DNA of 56,224 bases, filler included, from Bipalium vagum (Eukaryota): assembly GCA_037834085.1 (NCBI GenBank). It is 3 parts of 3 records of this genome, joined end to end, with 100 filler letters (N's around TTAATTAATTAA, not from the genome) between each part and the next. Parts side by side here need not be neighbours in the genome. Positions count along the whole stretch, not along the records: positions 1 to 17,093 come from JBBMKC010078970.1; positions 17,194 to 40,439 come from JBBMKC010211816.1; 1 more part is not named here. One strand, written 5' to 3'. The position numbers and the translations under genes are program-made. This document shows positions 13,697-25,400 of the stretch, in pieces. The notes beneath the pieces were generated by a model. That model was not told the DNA's origin and ran no database searches. It saw only the letters and a list, made by a program, of their open reading frames with translations. Each line of letters starts with the position of its first letter. Within the stretch, counting starts at the first letter, position 1.

Positions 13697-16168
13697 TAAT
13701 AAACTTAGAAAACTATAAATAAAACAGAAGAAAATTACTTTTGAAATTAATATATGTTAATAATACAATTTTTCTTTTATTTTTGTTGTTCCTATTCATT
13801 CAGATATTCTTAATAAATTTTTCAATCGAGATAAAATTGTTTAAATGATCAGAAATAAAATTTTGTTATATTAATTCAGAAGATCATTGAGGAACTCTTA
13901 AGAGTCATTACTGCTTAAATGTAATTAGTGCCTCTGGAAGTTGTTTACCATTATTCGTTTAGGGCTTTCATTAAACCTTGCTTTATTTATCCTAATTTAC
14001 TATTTTTTGTAAATAACATTTTTATGATAATAATGCCACATTGATTTCTCTAAACAGACTTGTAAAAGGATATTTTCAACATTGCCGCTTCAAGTATTTT
14101 TCATTTGTATAAATAAATTTGTATTAATATGAATAAATTGTAAAGTATGCATAGATATTATATTTATATATTACTGTTTTATCAAGATCGTATACCTGAA
14201 TGAAAAATGTTTTCCACAAGAAGGTATGTTTATCAAAGGTATCTGCTGATATTTGATTTTCAATCCAAAAATTGTGAAGATACAACCTTCACTAAAAAAA
14301 CACAACCTATATATTAAAAAAATTATTTATATTTTAAATTAAAAAACTATTTTTTATTTATATTTTAAATTAAAAAATATTACTTATATTTTAAATTAAA
14401 AAAAATTATTTATTTATATTTTAAAAATAAATATATTTAAAATGTAAAGATTTTTTAAAATTTTAATTTATTTTTTAAGATAAATAATTATTCCGACAAA
14501 ATGAATTCATCCTTTATTAATTTGTTTCAATAAATCCTGTGTCGATAGACACATTTTTCGAGCAGGTTTCACAATATAAAATTTACATTTAATAAAATTA
14601 TAGATTACTTATCTTTGCATTATTTTTTAATTTCCTTGCAAAAGATTTATCAGTTGTTCTCGTAAGATTAAAAATAATAATAATTAAAATTTTCTTTGAT
14701 TGAGAAGATCTCTTTAAAATTATGTAACATAATCTTGTTGTTTATTTTTTTAATTATTGAATTATTTTGATGGAAAAAGTGTTTTATTCTATTACATTTT
14801 TCCTCTGCTTATACAAGGCTCACGAAGATTCGTTTCTAAAAATCTTATTAATTTTCAAAATATACTACATCAGGTTTTTTCTAATTAATATCTTCTTAAT
14901 AAAATCAAACGAAAGAAAAACAATTGAAAAGCAGAATAATATTTGAGGGTGTTCGCTGTTGGCTGCGATTTCAATAATTTAAAAATATTTTTTAAAAAAG
15001 ATTTATCAATAACAATAAAAATAATAATACTTAAACAAATCTCACAAATTCAATAAATCAATATGTAGTGATTTTTTTATAATATTTTAAAATGTTTTTC
15101 GTTTTAAAATTAGTTCGCAATTTTAAAATTCATCAAAACGTTTTTGAAATATCAAAAAAGTATTTGACACTTCATAAAAATTTAAAAATTCTAAAATATG
15201 TGTAAATACTCACATTCCTCCATTTTAATGAATTTTAAAAATTTTTTTTACGTGTCTTCCAATCGAACCAAAATGTATGACAACATATTTTTTTCTAATT
15301 AATATTTTTTTAATAAAAAGCAAAAATTGCAAAGTATAAATTAATAATATTTTAAGGTGTTTGCAAAGGTTTAAAAGGACGAGAAAAAGGATATGGGAAT
15401 TAAAATTATCCATTATAAAGAACGTAAAGAGGAGCCGGATTGATGAAAAGAAAGCGAAGAGATTATCAATTAAGACAAGATAAAGAAATTGTTAACAAGA
15501 AAAATGATATTTCTCTTTATTTTCTACCGACCCAGTCAGTATATTTAACCTTCTAAGGCCTTTTTGATGATAAATGAATATAATTATGCATTAAAATATT
15601 ATTTAATAGGAGCTCGTAAGAAACAAATAATGAATGGGTTGTGAAATAAAACATGATAAAAATCAAATCTATTATTATTATTATTATAATTATTATTATT
15701 GTTTAATCATTTAATATTATCTTATTTTTCTAGCATGACGGATGATGATACAATCAAGGGTTGTATAAGAATGTTCATGGATCTCGATCTGATCAACTTA
15801 TTCAAAATAGATTACGTTGTTTTATGTAGATGGCTTCTTTCAATTAAGAAAAATTATCGCCAGGTTACTTATCACAACTGGCGCCATGCATTTAATGTTG
15901 CCCAAACAATGTTTGCAATAATACAAGTTTTTTTCTAATTATCTCACATGGCTTTCACTATCTTCTCCAGACAGGTAAACTTTATACGGCTTTTTCCAAT
16001 GTGGAAATAATTGCCCTATTGATTGCCTGTTTGTGCCATGATCTCGATCACAGAGGCACTAATAATCAATTTCAAGTGAGAACAATGTCTCCTCTTGCTG
16101 AGCTGTACTCGACCTCAGTTCTTGAGCATCACCATTTTGATCAGTGTATCATGACTTTATCCACCAAA
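2490..16168 (+). CDS. PDE11A: GAF-domain cGMP/cAMP phosphodiesterase, PDE5/PDE11-like (partial: 4 internal exons; both ends missing)
   Basis: Manually spliced exons 2490-2537 ([16 protein letters not shown]), 11617-11966 ([17 protein letters not shown]...[18 protein letters not shown]...EVLSYHA), 15734-15926 ([27 protein letters not shown]) and 15971-16168 ([14 protein letters not shown]...[11 protein letters not shown]). All junctions are GT-AG and in phase (introns ~9.1 kb, ~3.8 kb, 44 nt). Class I PDE metal-binding motifs follow a GAF domain. The PDE11 versus PDE5 assignment rests on motif recall only. Confidence 0.93.
3285..3620 (-). mobile_element. Degenerate mariner transposase, C-terminal fragment
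   Basis: Minus strand reads [39 protein letters not shown], a decayed mariner WEVLPHPxYSPDLAPSDYHLF motif. Lies in a PDE intron. Confidence 0.8.
4375..4425. repeat. Three tandem copies of a ~17-nt unit (AATTTGAGATCACCAA)
   Basis: Directly visible: aatttgagatcaccaa / aatttgagatcaccaaaa / aatttgagttcaccag. Confidence 0.75.
4880..5530 (+). mobile_element. Ty3/gypsy LTR-retrotransposon pol remnant (RT connection / RNase H)
   Basis: [33 protein letters not shown]; [28 protein letters not shown]; [17 protein letters not shown]; [28 protein letters not shown]. Interrupted by stops and frameshifts. Confidence 0.88.
6610..6960 (-). mobile_element. Degenerate mariner transposase, C-terminal fragment
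   Basis: Minus strand: [37 protein letters not shown] ... [17 protein letters not shown]. Confidence 0.85.
8150..8380 (+). mobile_element. Short mariner 3'-end relic
   Basis: [18 protein letters not shown] and a downstream [16 protein letters not shown], resembling the mariner C-terminus. Confidence 0.6.
10942..11012 (+). pseudogene. tRNA-derived element (tRNA-Ala-like pseudogene or SINE head)
   Basis: A-box TAGCTTAGCGG and B-box GGCTCGAATCC at tRNA-like spacing, TGCATG in the anticodon region, then a T-run. Acceptor and anticodon stems pair poorly. Confidence 0.55.
12910..13380 (+). mobile_element. Degenerate Tc1-like DDE transposase fragment
   Basis: WIYQQDG, then after a frameshift [31 protein letters not shown], matching Tc1 QQDNAPxH and WPxxSPDLNPIEN. 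Confidence 0.75.
13633..13697. repeat. (AAT)n microsatellite
   Basis: About 21 AAT units with one AGT interruption. Confidence 0.95.
14310..14430. repeat. AT-rich ~28-nt minisatellite (~4 copies)
   Basis: Recurring ATTAAAAAAATTATTTATATTTTAA units. Confidence 0.6.
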
Positions 16169-17093
16169 GTTAGTAGACGGAACATTATGATTTTAATTTC
16201 AGTCTACTTATTTTATTTATTTATTTTAGCCTTTATTATTATTTCTCATTTTTTCTAGTTTCTAGCCAGTTTACATTTATTTTCAATTTGGTGATTAAAA
16301 ACCCATAAAATCATTAAATCCATAAATAATAAATCATTAAAAATCATATCAATTTTTCAAATTTCAAAAATTCTTTGAGATTATTGATTTTTATTCTTGA
16401 ATTTTTTAAAATATTGATTTTCATTATCCACATGTTTGTTCATTTTCTCAATCGTTGACAGTGATTGATTTTATACGGAACCTCGGTGAATAAATATTTG
16501 GTCTCATTGGTCTTAATAAAATGTAATAAAACAATGAATGAATTTATTATTATTGGATGATAAAATTTTTCTTTCAATTAATATTGATTTTATAAATTTT
16601 TTACACTACAATACAATTCTGATATATTACATGGGTTTTAATCTCATTTCAAATTTTATATTTTATCAGTAACCTTGTTTAATTACACTAAGTACAATTA
16701 TTTCACCATATATTACTTATACATTGATGATATACGAAAGCGAATTATTGATGCCCATGATAACGGACATTCGAAAAAGAAATATATCCAATATATTAAA
16801 TGGTAATTTATTTATTTCGTTTTGAAAATTTATTTAAAAGACGACCGTATATATATCATAAATTAAAAGATGGTGAAAAAAGATGAGCATTAACGACAAA
16901 ACATATTAAAGTATTGGATTGACGAAGATGGTTATCTTAATAGGTCTTGGAGTATTAAGATTAAAACTAAAAAAAAGTTTGATATTTAAGTGTGCGCTAA
17001 AACAGTGCATAATTACTAGGGCTCGGAATTTTGCCGGTATTTTTTTCCAAAAATGCCGGGATTCCCGGCTATTTTGCCGGTAAATTTTGCCGG

Positions 17094-17193
17094 NNNNNNN
17101 NNNNNNNNNNNNNNNNNNNNNNNNNNNNNNNNNNNNNTTAATTAATTAANNNNNNNNNNNNNNNNNNNNNNNNNNNNNNNNNNNNNNNNNNNN
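17094..17193. other. Artificial contig-joining spacer (44N-TTAATTAATTAA-44N)
   Basis: Exactly 100 nt. The palindromic core gives stops in all six frames. Identical to the spacer at 40440-40539. Confidence 0.97.
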
Positions 17194-17299
17194 AATTTCA
17201 CTTTTATTGACAATGAAAAGTGTGATGGTTTTGAGGAGTGTGATGTTGAAAATTGAAATAAATAATCTTACCTTCGATTTGAATTGATTTTCAGTTGTA

Positions 17300-18150
17300 T
17301 AAGCTCCACATCACATTAGCTTCAATTCAAAAATGTTGCCTTTATGTACGTATTAGCTGCAGCTTAACTCGGGATTTTACAGTACTTGAAAAATGCCTTT
17401 AAAAATATTACAGCTACGGAATCTTATTTCTCACTCGATAAATGTCAAAGATGGTTCCAAAAATTAGATTTCAATAGTAAGTGCGGTCCTATACCAAAAA
17501 CGAGCCAAATATTTGTGAGACGAGGAGAAAGTCCTTCAAATCTCGACAACACAATTCTTTTGACTCTCAGAAGAGGACTAGACGTTTACATACTTTAGAG
17601 CAACACACATATGTCTCTCGCAGTACTATTTATCATAATGAATTGGGTAAAGGCAATAGACAACGGATTATTCACTAATTTAAGAGACAGCAACAAAAGA
17701 TCAGAGTTTTAATTATAAAAAATATTATACCAAGATGTGAAAAGTGGGTGTTTTATATTAAAGTTAAAATACAATGATTGGCATTTGGAAAAAAGCCAAT
17801 ATTAACTGTTAAAGCAGGACTTCGGTCTCACAGAAACAAAATATCATCATTCTACATGGCAATGCTAAATCCCATATTTCAGAAATCACACAACAAACAA
17901 TAAAGGAATTAGAATAGGAAATTCTCCCTCACCCAACATACTCAATTGATATCGCTCCTTCAGATTATCATTTGTGCAGATATCTTCAAAATTACCTGTG
18001 TGAAAAAGAGTTTTCAAATAAAGAAAATTTTAAAACGCATTGAAAAATTCTTTTTCGAAGTTCTTCACTTTTTATAAAGATGGCATCAAGAATTTATCCC
18101 TAAGATGACAAAATATCACTGAGAACAATGGAAAGTGCTGCCATTAAAAT
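17300..18150 (+). mobile_element. Degenerate mariner element
   Basis: N-terminal CQRWFQK; C-terminal ILPHPTYSIDIAPSDYHLCRYLQNYL and FYKDGIKNLSLR*QNITENNGK. Multiple stops. Confidence 0.85.
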
Positions 18151-18194
18151 GTTTATATTTCCTTTGTAGCAAATCGTTGTTACTATTTAATATA

Positions 18195-18358
18195 TCCAAT
18201 CAGACCTTGTTTTTAAGGGACACCCAACTAAGAGGAGACACTCTCAATAACGAATAAAACCGATACTCTAATCATTATACAACAATAAGCGGACATGTCG
18301 CAATAAAGGACAGCTGAGTCCGATTCAAAGGGTGTCCGTTAAACGAGATCTGGCAGTA
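18195..18358. mobile_element. ~165-bp non-autonomous MITE with imperfect terminal inverted repeats
   Basis: Left end CAGACCTTGTTTTTAAGGGACACCC versus reverse complement of the right end CAGATCTCGTTTAACGGACACCC. TA dinucleotides lie near both ends. Confidence 0.65.
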
Positions 18359-18660
18359 TTGTATCTTGAACTTTACAACCCAATAGTTTTCTTGTTCTAA
18401 TCTTTTCTGTCTATCATCAGCTATGTCAACCATTTTATTGGTCGGGAATTTAAAATCAATTTACAGAACTAAAATAAAACCAAATACAATCTCAACATTC
18501 AATCACTTGAACCACTTTTTTACATGTCGCCTCAGCACAGTTTTCAACCACCAACTCTTTCTCAATAGTCCTTTTATCATTATCCATAACTTCAAAAGAA
18601 ACAGGATAAGCGATTATTACCAAACATTACGTCATCAAAATAACCAAACGTCTCAAATGC

Positions 18661-19092
18661 TTGTTCTCAATTCGACCAATGAATTTGGAAGATTTGCCAA
18701 GGTCATTGACAAAAATTCCGTTGGGGTGTCACGATGAAAGTGATCGTACACAGTATCCAACTATTTATTTTTCGGAAATACGACCACAGAATCAATATTA
18801 CGATGAAGACAAACAAAAACGTCAATATTTAAAAGGCCAAAGGTGTCGAATCATATCTACACTTCATGGATATTTGATGACTAAAGATATCCCCGCATCA
18901 AATGACACCGTTCACCAATTCACTTTGAAATTGGACAGGTTTTACACAGGTATATTTGACCTACAATCCGATATCGGATCAGCAGTTGTTTTCAGATCAA
19001 TTTCAAAGTACAAATTCTTCACAACAAAAGTGGATCAGCCATATTGGATGTCAACGTTCCAAGGGGTCTTAAGGGTGACCATGAACCATTAA
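18661..19092 (+). CDS. Hypothetical ORF (143 codons; first ATG at 18679), convergent with the LAP gene 3' end
   Basis: Long stop-free frame with normal amino-acid complexity in AT-rich DNA. No recognisable domain; may be LAP 3'UTR antisense. Confidence 0.25.
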   Translation: MFSIRPMNLEDLPRSLTKIPLGCHDESDRTQYPTIYFSEIRPQNQYYDEDKQKRQYLKGQRCRIISTLHGYLMTKDIPASNDTVHQFTLKLDRFYTGIFDLQSDIGSAVVFRSISKYKFFTTKVDQPYWMSTFQGVLRVTMNH

Positions 19093-19413
19093 GATAACAT
19101 TGAGAAATCCATTGAAACAGAAATAACAATACATAAAATCTGACTAAATAATAATTCCATTAACAAAAACACGTCACCAATTCCAGACCAACGGATCCCT
19201 GGTGAGGCAGGAGTGATAAGAGCCGGGAAACCCCTTTATTCGAGAAAGCTGAAGATCTGTATTGAGAGAGAGAGAAAGGGATAGGGGTCGAGTACATATA
19301 ACACTAAGATGCATAGAACATTTCACGACTTTAAATGTACAAAATCAATACAAATCAATAAATGTGAAACAGAAACACCGGAGATAGTGACATGTTCATG
19401 AAACGAGCTAGTG

Positions 19414-22400
19414 TCAAATATCTGCGTTCCCGCGTTCAATCAATCGGTCCACGGTCATCTGAACGATGTCTCCGCAATTCTTCAAAGTGTTCACGGCAGT
19501 CGAATGCTCGACCCCAATGAAGCTGTTGTTATTTACCTGAACGGTTGGCAGTAACGACTCTGGATCAACAATAAAATGATGACTTACAATGAGAATCTTG
19601 TCACCCACTTTCAGGTGGCCGTCAGCTGGTCCTGCTGGATTGACTTTTGCAATGAAAATGCCCTGCCGTGGTAAAAAAACGAATAAATAAGAAACGGAGT
19701 TGAGAGAGACGATAACAAACCTTGTCGGACGGTCGAAAAGGATTGGGGTTAGACGTTATACCTCCGGTGATACTGAAACCGAGACCCTTGTTTCTGTGAA
19801 TGGTCACGGTAACCTGGGCGAAATAAGTTCGTCCCGTCGGGATGTGAGTATGATTGTTGTTGATCAAATAGGAAGGGTCGTCGATAATACTGGGACTGAT
19901 TGACGTCAGACCAGGATGGTGCATGTCCACAATCATCTGGTGGTCCATTGACATCGAATTGCTCACGTATTGGTTGAGGTAGTTGAGATTTTTTGAGTTG
20001 TTTGCGTTCGATGTCAGATTGGGAGGAGTGCGACACGGTGGCGGAGGAATGACCATATTGGCTGCTCGAGGATCTTCCATCAGTGGACATGAGATGAAGT
20101 GGGGAATATTTGGCGAAGGTAACAGTCGAGAATGGTCCGGTATGGTTGTGGAAATTTGCATTTGCCAGTCAATGGGAAAGCCAGCCTCGAGATTAGTTAG
20201 CGTTCCTTGACGGAACGGAGGAGACGGCAACGGTCTCTGAGGTGGTGGTGGGGGCTGTCGGGAAGGTGGCGGTGGCAAGGACGAGGCCACACTGTCTGAT
20301 CTTCGATTGAGGGGTGTTGTAGATCTCATGATTCGCAGTTGATCGTACGGGTTTTTAAAATGGGTATGGGACTTGGTATTCTGACGGGTCCGATGAGTTA
20401 CTCGGTTGTCCTTGCGACCAGAATTCATTATCAATCCCGTATCAGTGCTGTAGCCACTCTGACGACCCCCAACCATACCTCCACCAGCCGGATGAAGTCC
20501 GTATCGGACCACATTGCCATTGTTCATCACCAGTCCTGACTGTTGACCGGTTCGGTTCTGCATTGTGTTACCATTGCTGAGGGTATGATTCCCAGATTCT
20601 GACGATTCATGAATCTGTCCCAAAAACCTGTCAGGTCCTCCAATCATCATGTTCCCGAAACGTCCGCGAGACCGACTAGCCTGTAAAGCCGCACTATCGG
20701 ACTCATACCCACTACCTCCTCTTCGCTGGACTGATTTGTGTATCCCCCCGTTATTAATAATTGGATAATAGTTCATGTTCTGGTTCTGGTTGTACAACAT
20801 GTTTCTTTGCCACTGGAGAGAGTTGTTCATGAAATTACCGACTTCCTGGTTAGACGAGATCATGGAGGCGGGAACCATAATACAATCCCCATTGCCCAGA
20901 GTCACAGGTTGACTTATTGATCCCATTGACGTAATTTTGTTGTGCTTGCCCATATTATGTTTCCCGAGATTTACCTGCTTTGCCGGTGCATCTTTCGGTA
21001 GTTTTCCTTTAGCCTGTGCCTAAACAATAAGATGTCCTCCAACAGTTTTAACGGTGTCTTACTGAATCTGTTATGGCCTCATCGTGCCACTGAATAACTC
21101 GGGGTCTGCTCTCCTGAACTACCAGCCAGGCATTGGGATCGTTATCCACGGCTTCTGGATCATCGGTATTGCTCATTTGAGGTAACAAGTAACAGACGAG
21201 GCATTTGCGACCGGTGTCCACATCCCTCTCCGATTGCAACTGAACCAGCGGCTGAATCTGGTTGTCGTTCAACCACACTGCCTACAGAAATACCAGATGA
21301 TAATCATCATTCCATGGTCAAACCCCATCCAAAATCAATCGGATTGAGGAAGGAAACTGACCTGCAACTCTCTCAACTTCAAAAACGACATGGGTAAAAA
21401 CTTGACTCTGTTATTGCTCAAGTTGATCATTCGCAATCGTGGAATACGTCCAATCTCATCGGGCAAATATTGGATTTTATTGCCTCGAAGAGACAGAACC
21501 CTGAGAGCGCTACAACTGCCAATCTGAAAACGAAACCGATTTTCAAATGTTAACCGAAAACTCTCCAAGAACCTCCATAGGCAATTCGGTGATGCAATTC
21601 ATGTCCATATGCAAATATCGCAATCGACGTAGAAGACCGATAGACAGGGGTACGTGAACCAAATGATTGAATGAGACGTACAATTGAGTCAGGGATTCCA
21701 ATCTAAAAGTGATAGAATTTGTGAAGCATTTTAGAGATCTCTAGAGCACCGAGGTGGCACGACAACGAGCTTGGTCGATCTGCGTGCAGAGTGATGCAGT
21801 CTGACCCTCCTGGTCGCTTATATGACAAACATCACGTTGCATTCCATTGAAAACTGTCGAAAAACCACTACTACAGAGAGCCTGGTCTCATGATCCAATA
21901 TTATCACACAAACAAGCACTCTTCAAACCATCACCATTCACTTGTCCATCTCAAATGTACAATTCTCAACTTGATGGTACAAACAAAATAGATCGCGATA
22001 ACAATACGATCGATACACGACCAAAACGACTGATCTCATCGTTTCAAGACATTGGAAGGACCATACAATTTTCAAAGCAGCAATTGTGACAAATGGTAAC
22101 TGCTTTGTGCAGCATCACACTTTTCTGCCGGTGAACTATTTCACCATAACATATACCATCAATCAGCATAATATACCAACACCGTCTTCATCGTCATCAT
22201 CAAAAGTCTATCAATCAGATCGAACGATGCTAAGAGAGTGACAGACATTTTGCCATGGTGATATCAGTGCCTTTGCTGCTGCCGTTGCCATCATGCAATT
22301 GCAAAAATACAGACGCGCACACGTACCAACACACACACACAACCGAGACGCTCGCACGCAATCACCGACCACTGAGAATACAATCATCAAACTTGAAAAA

Positions 22401-25400
22401 AGCCACATTCCATTCATATCAACACACAAACTTAGAAGTAAACAGGGTGCCGCACACGCACTCACAAACACTAAAACATTCATTGTACCAATATTTGAAG
22501 ATCGTGGATGATCATACTGGCATGACAGTCTCCATGATTCTCTTCAACCATGGCCAAATATAAGCCGGTCACATTCACACGAATGAGGGGGCGTCAGACA
22601 ACACCTGCATACTCACAAACAAACACACACACACAATCCAAGTTGGTTGTTTGCCAAGACCAAGAATGAATAATCGCTTACTGTCCCAAGGAATCTGGCA
22701 ATCGGGAAAGTTGGTTATTGTCCACACGCAGATTCGTCAGCTTGGCCAACTGGCCAATCATATTTGGCAGAGACTGGAGCTGATTGCTGCTGCAGATGAG
22801 CTCGGTCAGCAGCACACAGTGACAGAGAGAATCTGGGAGAAATGTAAGGCAGTTCTGTTGCACTTCCAAAACCTGGAGATTGGAACAGTTTCCGATTTTC
22901 TGTCGAACAAACGAAAAAAAACGCCACAATTCAATTTGAACCGAACATGGAATCAAAAACTGCCTTACCTCTGGCAACGAAGCCAGGTTGTTTTTGTCGG
23001 CGCTCAGTACCGTTAGCTGAGTCAGTTTGCATAATGATTCCGGCTGAAATTGTAATAGTGATCCAATTACAGAATTGAGACGAGAACATTGGCAAAGTAG
23101 ATCGGTTTCAACATATTACTATCATTATTTTTCCTCGTTTTAAAAAGGTGGGCAAACAAGAATCGATTTTTCCGACCGAAAATAATATTACCGAAAAACA
23201 CTCTCCCAATAGTACATCCACTCCACGAGTGTCGATAACCTGCTTACTATCACAACCTAAGTCACGGAATTTCTCTCAATTTTGTCAATAATTGTGGTTT
23301 TCCCCCCAGAAAAAGGTCGGTGCGCGAAAAATAATTAGTAAAAGATTCCTCTTCAAATATTTACATTTGGCAGAAAGCTGAAGAAAATATTTTTATCTGA
23401 TTTTCCTGGGAAATTTTTCCAACGGTTCCCTTTAAAATAAATCGTATTATTTACATAAATAAATAAATTCTGAACCCGTTTGTTAAAGATTTGCTCAATG
23501 TAAAGTAAAAATCAATATTGAAAATTGAAGTTAAATATTAAATTAATCAATAATCCGTGAATTAATTGATTGACTTGATTCCACAATTTTAGAATTTCTC
23601 ATTTTCATTTTGTTGATTAAATTAATAATATTTAAAAAAAAAATTTCCTCTTAATATAAATAATAATGTAAATATCATTTAATAAATATTTAAATAATAA
23701 ATAAATTATTTACGAATAAAATTTAATTAATTTAATTTATCGATTATTAAAATTTTATTTTAGATTTTAAATTTAAAAAAATTAAAAAATATTATTTAAA
23801 AAAAGTATTTATATTAATTAAAAAAATTAATCATTTAAATTTATTTTTAATTAACAATATTTTTTAAATATTTTCAATGGAAATAATAAAAATATTATTT
23901 AATAAATATATTTAAATAATAAATTATTTTTGAATAAATTTAATTTATCGATTATTATAATTTTATTTTAAATTAAAAGTATTTTTTTAAAATTTTTCTT
24001 TGAATAATTAAAAATAATATTTAATAAAAAATAATTTTCGAAAATAAATAATTAATTAAATATTTTGATTAATAAAACTTCTCTTTAAAAATTATTTTTC
24101 ATTAATAATAATAAAAAAAATTTCAATGTAAATAATAATATTATTTAATAATAAATAAAATATTTTCGAATAAAAATAAATTAAATTTTATATTTTAATT
24201 ACGTTTTAATTATTATTATTTAAAAATCCCCATTGAAATGATAAAATTATAATTTAATTAATATTTAAATAATAAATATTTTTTTGAAAAAGAATTATTC
24301 TAATATATTGAATAATATAATTAATTATATTTTAAAAATATTTTCTAGAAATAATAAAAATATTATTTAATAAATAAATAATTTTCGAAAAAATATCAAT
24401 TAATTAAAAATATCGATTAAATAATTTTTATTTTAAGTTAATAATATTTTTAAAAAGTTTTCCTCTTAATATAAATATTATATAATAAGTAATAAAATAA
24501 TATATTTCGAAAAAAAATATAATTTAAAATATCGATTAGTAAAATTTCTTAATTTAGTTTTATATAATTTAAAAATATCTTTTCTCGGAATAATATAAAT
24601 GTCATTTAATAAATATAAAAATAATAAATAAATATTTTCCGAAAAAATAATTAATATTTTAAATTAATAATATTTTTAATATAATATTTTAAAAATAACA
24701 AATAAATCTTTTTTGAAAAAATAAAATAATTAATAAAATTTCTTAATTACATTTATTTTTAACTAACCATGTTTAAAAAAATATTCAAATAAAAAATATT
24801 TATTTTCCGAAAACAATAATTAATTTAATATATCGATTAAATAATTTTATTTTAAATTAATAATATTTTTTTAAAATTTCTGCGCAATATAAATGGTATT
24901 TAATAATAAAATTTAAATAATAAAATAATATATTTAGAGAAAAATAATTGATTTATTATATCAATCAAATATTTTAATTAATTAATATTTTTACACAATT
25001 TTTTTCAGAATAATATAAATATCATTTAATAAATTAAAAATTTTTAAAAGAAATAATTAATTAATATATCAATTAATCAATCACCACGTTCCCAATCGGT
25101 AAAAAATTATGTTTATTATTTTAAATTATTTACAAAAATTACAAATGATTGAAAATTAAATCCAATAATTAAAATCAGAGAAATCTGTTTTAATCGTTGA
25201 CGATTATTTAATTTGTATGGCAATTTAATAATAAACAGTGATAAATAAAAATCGGTGCAAAACACTTGGCATTAAAATCAATAAATATTTTCCATTTCTT
25301 CTTCTTTCGTTGTTGACGATAAAATTCACTTTTGCAATGATTTATTATTTTTATTCCAAAGAATAATAATATATATAAATTATAAAATAATATTTTTTTC

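Noticed and set aside
19700-23016. Plus-strand and alternative-frame ORFs overlapping LAP exons and the CA-rich intron
   Set aside because: These are antisense or off-frame shadows of GC-richer coding sequence, or low-complexity CA repeats.
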